NCBI GenBank assembly: GCA_026770705.1
Contig: JANJGN010000071.1
Location: forward strand, 682,001 to 746,000
Source of the DNA: Isurus oxyrinchus
Lineage: Eukaryota
Length of the DNA: 64,000 nucleotides
Direction: 5' to 3'
This document shows, piece after piece, positions 48,301 to 60,280 of this stretch (the stretch's first letter is position 1; each line of letters begins with the position of its first letter). The notes under the pieces are model-generated. The model made no database searches. It was not told where the DNA came from and worked only from the letters and a program-made list of their open reading frames with translations. The position numbers were made by a program, and so were the translations under genes.

Positions 48301-51300
48301 ACTCCTCCAATCACTACAACCCTCCTTATCTCTGTAACCTCCTCCAGCCCCTCCAACCCTCTGAGGTCTCTGTGCTCATCCAATTCCAGCCTCTTGACCA
48401 TCCCCCGATCCCATCACTGCAATATCGGCGGCCGTGCCTTCAGCTGCCTGGGGCCCGAGCTCTGTAATACCCTCCCTCATCCCCTCTCCGTCCCTCTCTC
48501 TCACTCTCTCTGTCTCTCTCTCTCTCTCTCTCTATCTCTATCTCTCTGTCTCTCTCTCACTATCCATTTCATCCCTCTTTGAAGATTCTCCATAACACCG
48601 ACCTCTTCTGGTCAGCTGTCGCTAATATCTCCACATGTGTCTGGGTGACATACTTTGTTTTATGACGCTCCTGTGTAGCACCTTGGGGTGATTTGTCATG
48701 TTAAAGTTGTTGTGTAAATATAAGTTGTTGCCCTTTGACCCGCGACCCCAGCTCGAGTCTTATTTTTGAGGGAATGTACAACCTCCTTAGATTTCTGACC
48801 AAAATGTAATTTGATTATTTTTATTGAGCGAATGCCAAGCCCCGATACCGAGCGAGAGCCTCCTCATTTGCTGAGTTTAAGGTGATGAGTCAGCCCCTTA
48901 GTCCGTAGAGGGGATTCTCCTCGGTAATGTGCAGCCTTGTTTGTGTCTCTCCACAAGCGCATGAGGGATTTGTACAGAGGCTGCAGCGCTGGAGGGGGTC
49001 TGCACAGGGGTCCTGGCCTGTCCTGAGCTGGTTTTAGCAAGGACCACTCTGGCCTTGGCAGCTGAAAGCCAGCCATTGGACAGACAGGGCCTGTCACATG
49101 GAGCCTGTTAGTCACTCCCCCCCGTGTCTCCTGTGCTCGGATCCAGACCATGTTGGCTGGTGGATCTGGCTCAGGAAGGGTCCTCCCCATGGGACCCCCA
49201 GATGGAAGGTGGGTCGAGCGGGTCAGTCACTTGCATGTTTATTCTGCAGCTTTAATATTTTAAGAAGGTAAGAATGTAGGAACATAAGAAATAGGGACAG
49301 GAGCAGGCCATTCGGCCCCTCCAGCCTGCCCTCGCTGATCTGGTTGTGGCCTTAACTCCATTTTCCTGCCTGTCCCCCAAACCCTTGACTCCCTTGTCGA
49401 TCAAAAACCTGCCTCACTCAGCCTTGAGTCTATTCAATGGCCCAGCCTCCACTGCTCTCTGGGGAAGAGAATTCCACAGGCTAGCGCCCCTCTGAGAGAG
49501 GAAATTCCTCCTCATCTCAGTCTTAAATGGGAGAGTCCTCATTCCGAAACTGTGCTCCCTGGTTCTAGATTCCCCCACGAGGGGGAAACATCCTCCCAGC
49601 ATCCACCCTGTCAAGCCCCCTCGGAATTGGATATGTTTCAATAAGGTCACCCCTCATTCTTCTAAACTCCAATGGATACAGGCCCAACCTGCTCAACATT
49701 TCCTCACAGGACAAACCCTTTAATCCCAGGAATCAGCCCAGTGAAGCTTCTCTGAACTGCCTGTACACAATGATCCTGTTACAATCTCACTAACGCCCTG
49801 TGCAGCTGTTGCAAGACTTCCCTCCTTTTATACTCCATCCCTTTGCAATAAAGGCCAACATTCCACTTGCCTTCCTCATTCCGTGGTGTTCCTGAATGCT
49901 GACTTTCTGTGATTCATGTACAAGGACACCCAGATCCCTCTGTACTGCATTCTGCAGCCTGTCTCCATTTAAATAATATCCTGTTTTTCTATTCTTCCTG
50001 CCAAAATAATTTGTTGCCATTCTCCTCAGTATTGACCATCCCCCCAATTCAGCCTCATCTGTAAATTTTGAGTCTAGTGGATCCACAAACCATCCAGAGA
50101 TAAATATTGAGATTTCTCTCCCCAGTTGGACTGTCACAAGAGTGGAAAGGTGACACTCCACGAGAGGTGACAGCTCAGGAAGGTTCGTGTGTACAGATTC
50201 CATGTCATTACAGTTATCCATCGTGTCTGGAAAACCAACCGCGAGGTGGACTCTGGTTTAATAATGAGAAACAGATTCCCTGGGCTCCCATTGCCTTTCA
50301 CTCCAAGGATCACAGTCACGAGTTACCACGGTTCCGCCATCGGACCCGGCTGTCTGGAGACCTGAAAGATGGCGACTGTTCCCTGATTATAAACAACATC
50401 AGACGGGAAGATGCAGGACCTTATTTTTTCAGAATAGAATTTGACAATGGTCCGAGCCATAACTATTACCCTGTAACCCAGCTTCACGTTTCTGGTAAGT
50501 GCTGTGTTATAATTACTCAACAATTCACATTCAACACTCAATGGGAATTAACACAAACTGTGACGTTTACATATTAACACAAAACACAGTTTATTATAAC
50601 ACACTGTCTGATTCTCAATAACCTGGTGATAGCTTCCAGTTCAGTCCTAAAGCAATGTCTAATACTCACTTTAATATCAATGATTAAATGTGTTGACTGT
50701 GTCTATCAATGTTATCAGGTTATCCACTCCCATCAATCTCTCAAATCCTGTCTTGAAGTCTGACATATCGACAGAAGAAAGATTTACATTTCTACAGCGC
50801 CTTTCACCACCCTAGACTTCCCACCCTAAACCTCTCCCTGTCCCTCTTCCTCTCCCTCTCTCTCTCTCTCTCTCTGTCTCTTTCTCTCTGTCTCTCCATA
50901 ACACCGACCTCTTCTGGCCAGCTGTCGCTAATATCTACATGTGTCTGGGTGACATACTTTGTTTTATGACGCTCCTGTGTAGCACCTTGAGGTGATTTGT
51001 CATGTTAAAGTTGTTGTGAAAATATAAGTTGTTGCCCTTTGACTCTCGACCCCAGATCGAGTCTTATTTTTGAGGGAATGTACAACCTCCTTAGATTTCT
51101 GACCAAAATGTCATTTGATTATTTTTATTGAGCGAATGCCAAGCCCCGATACCCGAGCGAGAGCCTCCTCATTTGCCGAGTTTAGGGTGATGAGTCAGCC
51201 CCTTAGTCCGTAGAGGGGATTCTCCTCGGTAATGAGCAGCCTTGTTTGTGTCTCTCCACAAGCGCATGAGGGGTTTGTACAGAGGCTGCAGCGCTGGAGG

Positions 51301-54300
51301 GGGTCTGCACAGGGGTCCTGGCCTGTCCTGAGCCGGTTTTAGCAAGGACAACTCTGGCCTTGGCAGCTGAAAGCCAGCCATTGGACAGACGGGGCCTGTC
51401 ACAAGGAGCCTGTTAGTCACTCCCCCCCGTGTCTCCTGTGCTCGGATCCAGACCATGTTGGCTGGTGGATCTGGCTCAGGAAGGGTCCTCCCCATGGGAC
51501 CCCCAGATGGAAGGTGGGTCGAGCGGTTCAGTCACTTGCATGTTTATTCTGCAGCTTTAATATTTTAAGAAGGTAAGAATGTAGGAACATAAGAAATAGG
51601 GACAGGAGCAGGCCATTCGGCCCCTCCAGCCTGCTCTCACTGATCTGGTTGTGGCCTTAACTCCATTTTCCTGCCTGTCCCCCAAACCCTTGACTCTCTT
51701 GTCGATCAAAAACCTGCCTCACTCAGCCTTGAGTCTATTCAATGGCCCAGCCTCCACTGCTCTCTGGGGAAGAGAATTCCACAGGCTAGCGCCCCTCTGA
51801 GAGAGGAAATTCCTCCTCATCTCAGTCTTAAATGGGAGAGCCCTCATTCTGAAACTGTGCTCCCTGGTTCTAGATTCCCCCACGAGGGGGAAACATCCTC
51901 CCAGCATCCACCCTGTCAAGCCCCCTCGGAATTGGATATGTTTCAATAAGGTCACCCCTCATTCTTCTAAACTCCAATGGATACAGGCCCAACCTGCTCA
52001 ACATTTCCTCACAGGACAAACCCTTTAATCCCAGGAATCAGCCCAGTGAAGCTTCTCTGAACTGCCTGTACACAATGATCCTGTTACAATCTCACTAACG
52101 CCCTGTGCAGCTGTTGCAAGACTTCCCTCCTTTTATACTCCATCCCTTTGCAATAAAGGCCAACATTCCACTTGCCTTCCTCATTCCGTGGTGTTCCTGA
52201 TTGCTGACTTTCTGTGATTCATGTACAAGGACAACCAGATCCCTCTGTACTGCATTCTGCAGCCTGTCTCCATTTAAATAATATCCTGTTTTTCTATTCT
52301 TCCTGCCAAAATAATTTGTTGCCATTCTCCTCAGTATTGACCATCCCCCCAATTCAGCCTCATCTGTAAATTTTGAGTCTAGTGGATCCACAAACCATCC
52401 AGAGTTAAATATTGAGATTTCTCTCCCCAGCTGAACCCTCACAAGAGTGGAAAGGTGACACTCCACGAGAGGTGACAGTGCAGGAAGGTTCCTGTGTACA
52501 GATTCCATGTCATTATAGTTATCCATCATGTCTGGAAAACCAACCGCGACGTGGAGTCTGGCTTAATAATGAGGAATGGAGAACATCGTCTATAGCCTTT
52601 CACTCCAAGGATCACAGTCACGAGTTACCACGGTTCCACCATCGGACCCGGCTGTCTGGAGACCTGAAAGATGGCGACTGTTCCCTGATTATAAACAACA
52701 TCACATGGGAAGATGCAGGACCTTATTTTTTCAGAATAGAATTTGACAATGGTCCGAGCCATAACTATTACCCTGTAACCCAGCTTCACGTTTCTGGTAA
52801 GTGCTGTGTTATAATTACTCAACAATTCACATTCAACACTCAATGGGAAATAACACAAACTGTGACGTTTACATATTAACACAAAACACAGCTTATTATA
52901 ACACACTGTCTGATTCTCAATAACCTGGTGATAGCTTCCAGTTCAGTCCTAAAGCAACCTCTAATACTCACTTTAATATCAATGATTAAATGTATTGACT
53001 GTGTCCATCAATGTTATCAGGTTATCCATTCCCATCAATCTCTCTAATCCTGTCTCGAAGTCTGACATATCGACAGAAGAAAGATTCACATTTCTGTAGC
53101 ACCTTTCACCACCTCAGCATGGACCAAATCACTTCACAGCCAATGAGCTGATTCCTGAATTTAAGTTACTATTGTAATGTGGGAAACACAGCAACCAATT
53201 TGCGCACAGCAAGCTCCCACAAATTGCAAAGTAAAAAATGGCCTAGATCGCTGAGGGACTGATGGGTTAGTGCACTCCAAACTCTGGTCTGCTCCACCAC
53301 CCTCACCCACTATTATCAGTTCAAGTGTCTCGGAGTGAACGTGTATTAAGCTGAGAGACAGAAACACCAAAGTCTCAAAGCAGGAAATTCTCTCCTAATC
53401 ATTGTAACCTCTCAGATCTGATATCATCCTTGTAAAAGTGCTTTTTCTTGTGGGACTGTGATTTCTACTTGAACTGATGCTTCACGTTATATTTCTCTAA
53501 AAGGATCCATTCTCTGTCTGTTAGATTTCACAGATAAACCCATGATATTCCCTGCTGAAATTATTGCAGGAAAGCGTGTGGATGTAAGCTGCACCTTCAA
53601 CACAACGTGCAATGGAACAGCAGCACCTGTCTTAACCTGGGACACTCCCACTGACGTACCTGGATCAGTCTCAAACACTGTAACTCAGCATGGTGTCACT
53701 CTGACCTATACTTCTGTTCTGACCCTGATCCCATCACTCAAACACCACAGACACAATCTCAGCTGCAGAGTGAGATATCCATCTGTTTCATCGGAGCGGA
53801 CCCTCGTACTAACTATGCAAGGTAAGTACGGACACCCTTCATTCTACATCAGCACTCCCTCAGCGCTGACCCTCTGACAGTGCAGCCCGTTCTCAGTGTC
53901 CACATTCTCATGCCTCTCAAAGTGCTTCACAGTCGATAGAAGTTAACTGATCTTTATTTGATTGTTGCTGAATGAAGAGACAAGCTGTCTAAACTTTGCA
54001 TCTCACACACATTATTTTCCATGGCAACACCTCCTCCAATCAGAGACCACTTGCTGATTAACCAGCACTCTCTTCCCTTTAAATATAAATTGTTGTTCAC
54101 TTTCTGTTGGTAAACCTGCAATCTGTCTTGTTGAGTCCAGTCCTGACATCTGAATATCACAATGAACAGAACAAGTTCCAACAATGAGCTGTGGTTGGTG
54201 ATTCCTCACGTTACATCCAGGGACACTGGAGACTATCAGTGTGCTCAGAGAATGAACATGGAGCAGTGGAGGGGTTCATAACCATCACTGTGGAACGTTA

Positions 54301-55550
54301 GTTAAGACAAACTTCAACATCTCTCTCAGATTGAAACACTACAAAAACACACATAAATATACAGCCTTAAATAGACACCTGCATACACACAATCCCACAT
54401 CTATGAGCACACACAAAGACACACTCACAAACAAACACACTAGCACATACTCCCCTGTGGATTACCTGACCTCCCTCAGTGCTGCACCGGAGAGTTGACC
54501 TGGATTCTGGGATTTGTGTTCCCTTTCATATTTATGGAAGAATATGGAAATTGCAAAGTCTATTACAGACACTCAGATGCACAGAGATACTCACAGATAC
54601 ACTCTGCCTCTCCAACTCTCTATCCTACTTTAAGAACCTTCCTGAAATCTAACTCTTTGACCAGTCACCAGTCCCAATTCCTCCTTACGTGATTTTGTGT
54701 GAAATTTTGTTTGAGTATCTGAGAGTAAGAGGGAAGTGGAGAGGTTTAGGAAGGGAATTCCTGTTGCTGAAAAGCTTACATCAAGTTCTCAGCTTTCCAG
54801 TGCCCATTTTTCACATGATGTCCATGTTCATAATGGGGATTGCCTATGTAAACATCACGCTGTAGTTACACTCTCCCACCAGTGGTAGCACGGTAACACT
54901 TAACCCTTGCATCTCCAAGCTTTTCAAGCAATTTCACTTCCTAATTTCCTACTATTCACCTCAACCATTCCCTGTGGGAGCGAGTTCCATATTCTCCCCT
55001 CTCTCTGGGTAAAGATTGGAACTGTTTATTAAGCGGGGGGTGTAAGTCCGTGGGGGAGTCCATCCCGATACTGCCCGATTCGCACACACGGCTGAGATGG
55101 ATTTTCACCCGGCACTAAAGGTTTCCAGAATTTTCTACAGCACAATCCTGTACACAGCGATGGAGAGAAACATTGGACAGGGAGTCCAACAGCACAATGA
55201 TCCATTCTCACCAATGTTCCACGCTAAGGAGAAAGTTCCGATTGTCCACTCTTAGAGTGTTTACAATGAAAACATTCATTCCACATTGAATCCCAGTGGA
55301 TGGGTCAATATTACAGCAAATGTTGCAGTGATATGAAGCTTGATTGTTCAGCCAGAGTGAGAGATTGAAAGCGGAGAGTCAGTGATGATTTCTTTCTGTG
55401 TGTTCTCTAGACAGTGGAGGAGAGATTCTGCACGTGATCCTGATCCTGGGAATACGAGCTGTGATATTCCTTGTGGCTGTGGTTATCACTATCACTGGAG
55501 TCTGTGTCTGGGAGAGACAAACAGTGAAAGGAAGTCGACAGACTGTTTGA
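39299..55550 (+). CDS. Gene C: intact Siglec-like activating-type receptor, leader-V1-V2-V3-C2-TM(Arg)-short tail
   Basis: Exons 39299-39338, 46348-46725, 50126-50494, 52431-52796, 53525-53821 and 55411-55550. All open and phase-compatible with canonical splice sites, running ATG to TGA. Confidence 0.88.
40380..44240 (-). mobile_element. Degraded Gypsy (longer paralogous copy: gag, protease AKIDT.AS, integrase remnants) with nested SINE (~40870-41190) and MITE-like insert (~42517-42640)
   Basis: Inverted homolog of 12140-14280 with extra pol segments. SINE B-box GGTTCAAATCC at ~40940. Confidence 0.78.
46348..46725 (+). CDS. Gene C V-set exon 1
   Basis: 378 bp open exon with YFFRIE. Confidence 0.9.
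46985..48480 (+). mobile_element. L2 RT fragment plus 37 bp minisatellite (paralogous copy)
   Basis: LLVLLDLSAAFDTLDH. Confidence 0.85.
49275..50065 (-). mobile_element. CR1 fragment (paralogous copy)
   Basis: Homologous to 22232-23030. Confidence 0.85.
50126..50494 (+). CDS. Gene C V-set exon 2
   Basis: 369 bp open exon, 5 aa different from gene A V2. Confidence 0.9.
51580..52370 (-). mobile_element. CR1 fragment (second copy from the 2.3 kb tandem duplication)
   Basis: Homologous to 49275-50065. Confidence 0.85.
52431..52796 (+). CDS. Gene C V-set exon 3
   Basis: 366 bp open exon starting AEPSQ like gene B V2, with YFFRIE. Confidence 0.9.
53525..53821 (+). CDS. Gene C Ig C2-set exon
   Basis: 297 bp, tgttag| and |gtaagt. 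Confidence 0.9.
55411..55550 (+). CDS. Gene C terminal TM exon with intramembrane Arg (DSGGEILHVILILGIRAVIFLVAVVITITGVCVWERQTVKGSRQTV*)
   Basis: ctctag| acceptor. CGA at 55455-55457. TGA at 55548-55550. Confidence 0.86.
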
Positions 55551-55934
55551 AGCTTTGTACAGCAACAATCTGGTCAGTCAGTGCGGACAAATAACGTGTG
55601 ATGTTGTGTTAAGTTGTAATGAAACTGGTCAGTGTCCTGGTTATAATCATCTCCGTATCATCGAGTCATTCCAGCAATGGAGGAGGACATTTGGCCCATT
55701 GAGTCTATGCTGTCTCTCTGTAAAGGAATCCACTCAGTCCCATCCCCTGCTCTATCCCCGTATCCCTGCAAATTTATTTCCAAGTGTCCGTCCAATTTCC
55801 TTTTGAAATTGTTCATCGAATAGGAATGAACAGAAATGTGACGTTGCTAAACTCTGTTCTCTGATTGGAATGTGCTTTCTGAATGCTGCACCTTTTTCAT
55901 GCTGCGATAGATTGTAAGAAGCATTTGGCTTATG

Positions 55935-55940
55935 AATAAA
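55935..55940 (+). terminator. Putative polyadenylation signal of gene C
   Basis: AATAAA about 385 bp after the stop codon, conserved in the gene B arm. Confidence 0.5.
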
Positions 55941-56282
55941 ATTACATTGATTAACTCAAGTGATTAAAATGCTCAGCCTGTTCTGTAGATATTTAAAGAT
56001 TAAAATTCTTGTTTTGCTGCAAAATACTTGGCTCAAAGACATAGCTTCCTGTTGTCACGTTTTCCAATCAGATGAATTCCTCTGTCCATCTTTATAATAG
56101 AAATTTCCAATGTAAACATGTCACATTGTAACTGCACACTCTTGCCAGTGGGTGGTGTGATACCAAAGCTGTCTTGCTGCAGAGAAACAGCGAGAAATAT
56201 TCCTGTTGTGTGCATGAACTTCATGTTAGCATGAGACACAGGCATCAGATGAAATTTTGTGCTATTTGTACAATGTTCTTTA

Positions 56283-56835
56283 GACAGTGCAGCACTCCCT
56301 CAGATCAGACCCTCCGACAATGCAGCACTCCCTCAGTTCAAACCCTCCGACAGTGCAGCACTCCCTCAGTTCAGACCCTCCGACTGTGCAGCACTCCCTC
56401 AGTTCAAACCCTCCGACAGTGCAGCACTCCCTCAGTTCAGACCCTCCGACTGTGCAGCACTCCCTCAGTCCAAACCCTCAGGCAGTGCAGCACTCCCTCA
56501 GTTCAGAACCTCCGACAGTGCAGCACTCTCTCAGTTCAGACCCTCCATCAGTGCAGCACTCCCTCATTTCAGACCCTCCAACAGTGCAGCACTCCCTCAG
56601 TTCAGACCCTCCGACAGTGCAGCACTCCTTCAGTTCAGACCCTCCGACAGTGCAGCACTCCCTCAGTTCAAACCCTCCGACAGTGCAGCACTCCCTCATT
56701 TCAGAGCCTCCGACAGTGCAGCACTCCCTCAGTTCAGAGCCTCCGACAGTGCAGCACTCCCTCAGTTCAGACCCTCCGACAGTGCAGCACTCCCTCAGTA
56801 CTGAACCTCCGACAGTGCCGCACTACCTCAGTACT
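56283..56835. repeat. 33 bp minisatellite (CAGTGCAGCACTCCCTCAGTTCAGACCCTCCGA)n
   Basis: About 16 highly similar units. Confidence 0.92.
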
Positions 56836-57944
56836 TCTCCGCCGATGCTGCCAGACCTGCTGAGTTTTTCCAGGTATTTCTGTTTCTGTTTCTGTTTTGG
56901 ATTTCCAGCATCTGCAGTTTTTTTGCTTTTAGTGCTGGGCAGTTGCTCAGCAAGGATTCGGGCCACAAAACATTGCGAGTGCTGTGGGTCTGCGCCACGA
57001 TTTAGAGAGCTGTGCTTGGCACGCCTATTCTAGTCCCAGTCCAGTGTGGTGGGGAGAGCCTGGCAGTCCTGGGTTGGTCGTGCCCAGCATGGTGTGCAGG
57101 ACGTGGTCAGTCCCTCACACACGTCGGTCCTGGGGGTGGGTGGCTTGATACTAGGCCGCAGGTGGCACAATCCCAGTCAGGGGAGGCATCTGCAGCCTGT
57201 CAGTGGGGAGCAGGTAATATAGAGAGTAGGGGTGGGGGTGGGAATCTAAGGGGGCCGGTGGTCTCTGTAAGTCACAGTACAATGGGCCTCTAGTTGGAGA
57301 GTGGTCAGGTCTACATGGGGCATTGGGATGTCAACATCAGACAGTCTAGGGAGGAGGACTGGGATGTCAACCCCGAACACAATAAGATCAAGGATTAGAG
57401 AGGAAGGGAGGAGACTGATTGGAAGGAGGGGAATGTGCACATTATGCTCCTCCAGCACGATGGGAGGGACTGTGATGGTTACGGGGGTGGGGGGGGTGAC
57501 GTGTGTGGGGATAGACGCTTACCTGGTGGTATTGCCTCAGCCTCACCCTTTTTCAAGCTGATCCAATGTCACAGTTGAAGAATAAGCTACAAAACAAATT
57601 GGCAGGGGAGGTCTCCCAGGGCCTGTGGGAGACATCACCCACTGCATCTTTGGCCTGTTTGAAGGGGCACCCGAACAATTCCGGCTTTTCCAAATGATGA
57701 GGAAGACACAGCTGCACCCCGAGTCCCCTACTGGGGATCCAGAAGGTTACAATAGCGCTGCGAGGGACTCATGGGCTCCACAGTGACTCCCTAATTAGCG
57801 ACTGGAAGGTTTATGTTCATTTATCTTTATTATCCGTTCATATTGAGCAATGGAGCTCCTGATTTGTCACCTTTCTGTACCTCATCCAATGCTTCTGTTA
57901 TCAGGACTTCCACATCGATGTGAAAGAGCCATGATGATAGCAGA

Positions 57945-58070
57945 CAGTCGCACAATGGGAATGGCACTAGGCCAGTGATCCAGAGGCCCAGGTGAATGCT
58001 TTGAAGGCACGGGTTCAAATCCCACCACGGCAGCTGGAGGAATTTCAATTCGATTAATCAATAAATTTAA
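57945..58070 (+). mobile_element. tRNA-derived SINE 5' part
   Basis: B-box GGTTCAAATCCC at ~58011-58022. Confidence 0.6.
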
Positions 58071-58334
58071 TTGATTGATACATTTTTTTCTTATTCATTT
58101 CAGGGATGTTGGTGTCGCTGACTAGGCCAGTATTTGTTGCCCATCCCCAATTGCCTTTGAGAACATCTGGATATCTGAGTTAGGATCAGGAGTAGGTCGC
58201 TCAGTCCCTCGAACCTGCTCCGCCATTCAGTAAGATCATGGCTGATCTGATTGTCACCTCAACCTCACATTCCTGTCTACCCCCAATGACCTTTCACCCC
58301 CTTGTTAATCAAGAATCTATCTAGCTCTGTGGAA

Positions 58335-60280
58335 GGGGAGCCAATCAATCGGGCTGCTTTGTCCTGGATGGTGTCGAGCTTCTTGAGTGTTGTTGGAGCT
58401 GCACTCATCCAGGCATGTGGAGAGTATTCCATCACACTCCTGACTTGTGCGTTGTAGATGGTGGACAGGCTTTGGGGAGTCAGGAGGTGAGTTCCTGTCT
58501 GCAGGGTTCCCAGCCTCTGACCTGCTCTTGCAGCCACAGTGTTTATATGGCTGGTCCAGTTCAGTTTCTGCTCAATGGTAACTCCCAGGATGTTGATATT
58601 GGGGGATTTATTGATGGTAATGCCATTGAATGTCAAGGGGAGATGGTTATGAATGGTCTGTGGAATATTCTGGTACAAAATTTCAACACTCGGACTCCAG
58701 ATGCAATATTCAAGTGGTTCCTTTATTACGCATGTGGGGAGCAAACGCTGGGCAGTCCAGGTGCTTCTCCACCGAGGTTCAAATGAGCACAGTTTATATA
58801 TTTTTACTCTCAGTTACAAGGTAATGGTATTAGTTAGACAAAGGCCACAGCACAATGATCCTCCGGTGGGCTGATAATTGTGTTCTTGTTCAGTAATTAC
58901 AGGGCAGAGACTGGCTATTGTCCTTTTGAGACAGCAAAGAATCTATGTTTGTTCAATACAAAAGGTTTCCGGAGGCTGACTGGATGTGGTTCAAGGCCAT
59001 CGGACGGTGTGAAATAACCTTCCCCATTTCTTGATTGAGTCACCCAGTGTCCTTGTGTGTGTGTCTCCCATTTCCTCATTGCAAATTTCCAACTGAGCCC
59101 TTAGTACAGGTTTTTAAGTTTTCACGTAAGGATGTGTACGCTTTGGCGCCCTAGCTGCTGGTCCTGGCTGGCTCTTGAACATAAATCCAAATTTTCTGCA
59201 CCTTCAATTAGATTCTCTCTTGTTGGAGCTGGTCATTGCCTGGTACTTGTGTGGCATGAATGTTACTTGTCACCTGTCAGCCCAAGCCTGGATGTTGTCC
59301 AGGTCTTGCTGCATTTGGACATAACTTGCTTCAGTATCTGAGGAGCTGTGAATGGTGCTGAACATTGTGCAAATATCAGCAAACATCCCCACTTCTGACC
59401 TTATGATGGAAGGAAGGTCATTGATGAAGCAGTTGAAGATGTTTGAGCCTAGGACACTACCCTGAGTAACTCCTGCAGTGATGTCCTGGAACTGAGATGA
59501 TTGACCCCCAATAATCACAACCATCGTCCTTTGTGCTGGGTATGACTCCAAGCAGCGGAGAGTTTTCCCCCAATTCCCATTGACTCCAGTTTTGCTCGGG
59601 CTCCTTGATTTGCCACACTCAGTCAAATGCTGCCTTGATGTCAAGGGCAGTCCCTCTCACCTCTGGAGTTCAGCTCATTTGTGCATGTTTGAACCAAGGC
59701 TGTAATGAGGCCAGGAGCTGAATGATCCTGGTGGAACACAAACTGAGCGTCAGTGAGCAGGTTCTTGCTAAGCAGGTGCTGCTTGCAAGCGCTGTTGATG
59801 ACCCCTTCCATCACTTTAGTAATGATCAAGAATAGACTGCTGGGGAATTGGCTGGGTTGGATTTGTCCTGCTTTTTGTGTACAGGACGTACCCCATAGCC
59901 GGGTAGTTGCCAGTGTTGCAGCTGTACTAGAAAATTCCAGAAAAGCTTGGCTAGGGGCGCAGCAAGTTCTGGAGCACAAGTCTTCAGTACTATTGCCAGA
60001 ATATTGTCAGGGCCTGGAGCCTTTGCAATATCCAGTGCCTTCAGCCCTTTCTTGATGTCACGTGGAATTAATCGAATTGGCTAAAGATTGGCATCTGTGA
60101 TGCTGGGGACCTCCGGAGGAGGCCGAGATGGATCAGCCACTCAGCACTTCTGGCTGAAGATTGTTGCGCATGCTTCAGTCTTGTCTTTTGCACCGATGTG
60201 CTGGGCTCCTCCATCATTGAGGATGGGGATATTTGTGGAGCCTCCTCCTCCAGTGAGTTGTTTAATTGTCCACGACTGGA
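58335..60280 (-). mobile_element. CR1-group LINE RT fragment interrupted by an unrelated insert (~58655-59215)
   Basis: GVTQGSVLG..FINDLP..MFAD and ILGVTI..LNWTSHI..YNAQVRSVMEYS. Confidence 0.82.

Noticed and set aside
5944-52796. Multiple V exons as rearranging V(D)J-like segments
   Set aside because: Each exon encodes a complete V domain including the G strand and ends in a splice donor. I saw no heptamer-spacer-nonamer RSS at exon ends, and the Cys pattern is Siglec-like rather than Ig/TCR-like.
55533-55550. C-terminal ...SRQTV as a class I PDZ ligand
   Set aside because: The -2 position is Gln, not Ser or Thr, so it does not fit S/T-x-V.
4560-56280. A, B and C being uncollapsed haplotypes (assembly artifact)
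   Set aside because: The copies differ by many substitutions, distinct TE indels, different exon numbers and different 3' exons, which fits true paralogs better. Spanning reads would settle it.
56174-57033. Long ORFs of 181-248 aa in three frames
   Set aside because: Artifacts of a stop-free 33 bp minisatellite. The same applies to 16148-17310 and 63339-63590.
57522-57590. Minus-strand donor CCAG|gtaagc as a possible upstream partner of the orphan ITIM exon
   Set aside because: The candidate exon has stop codons in all three frames from the nearest acceptor.
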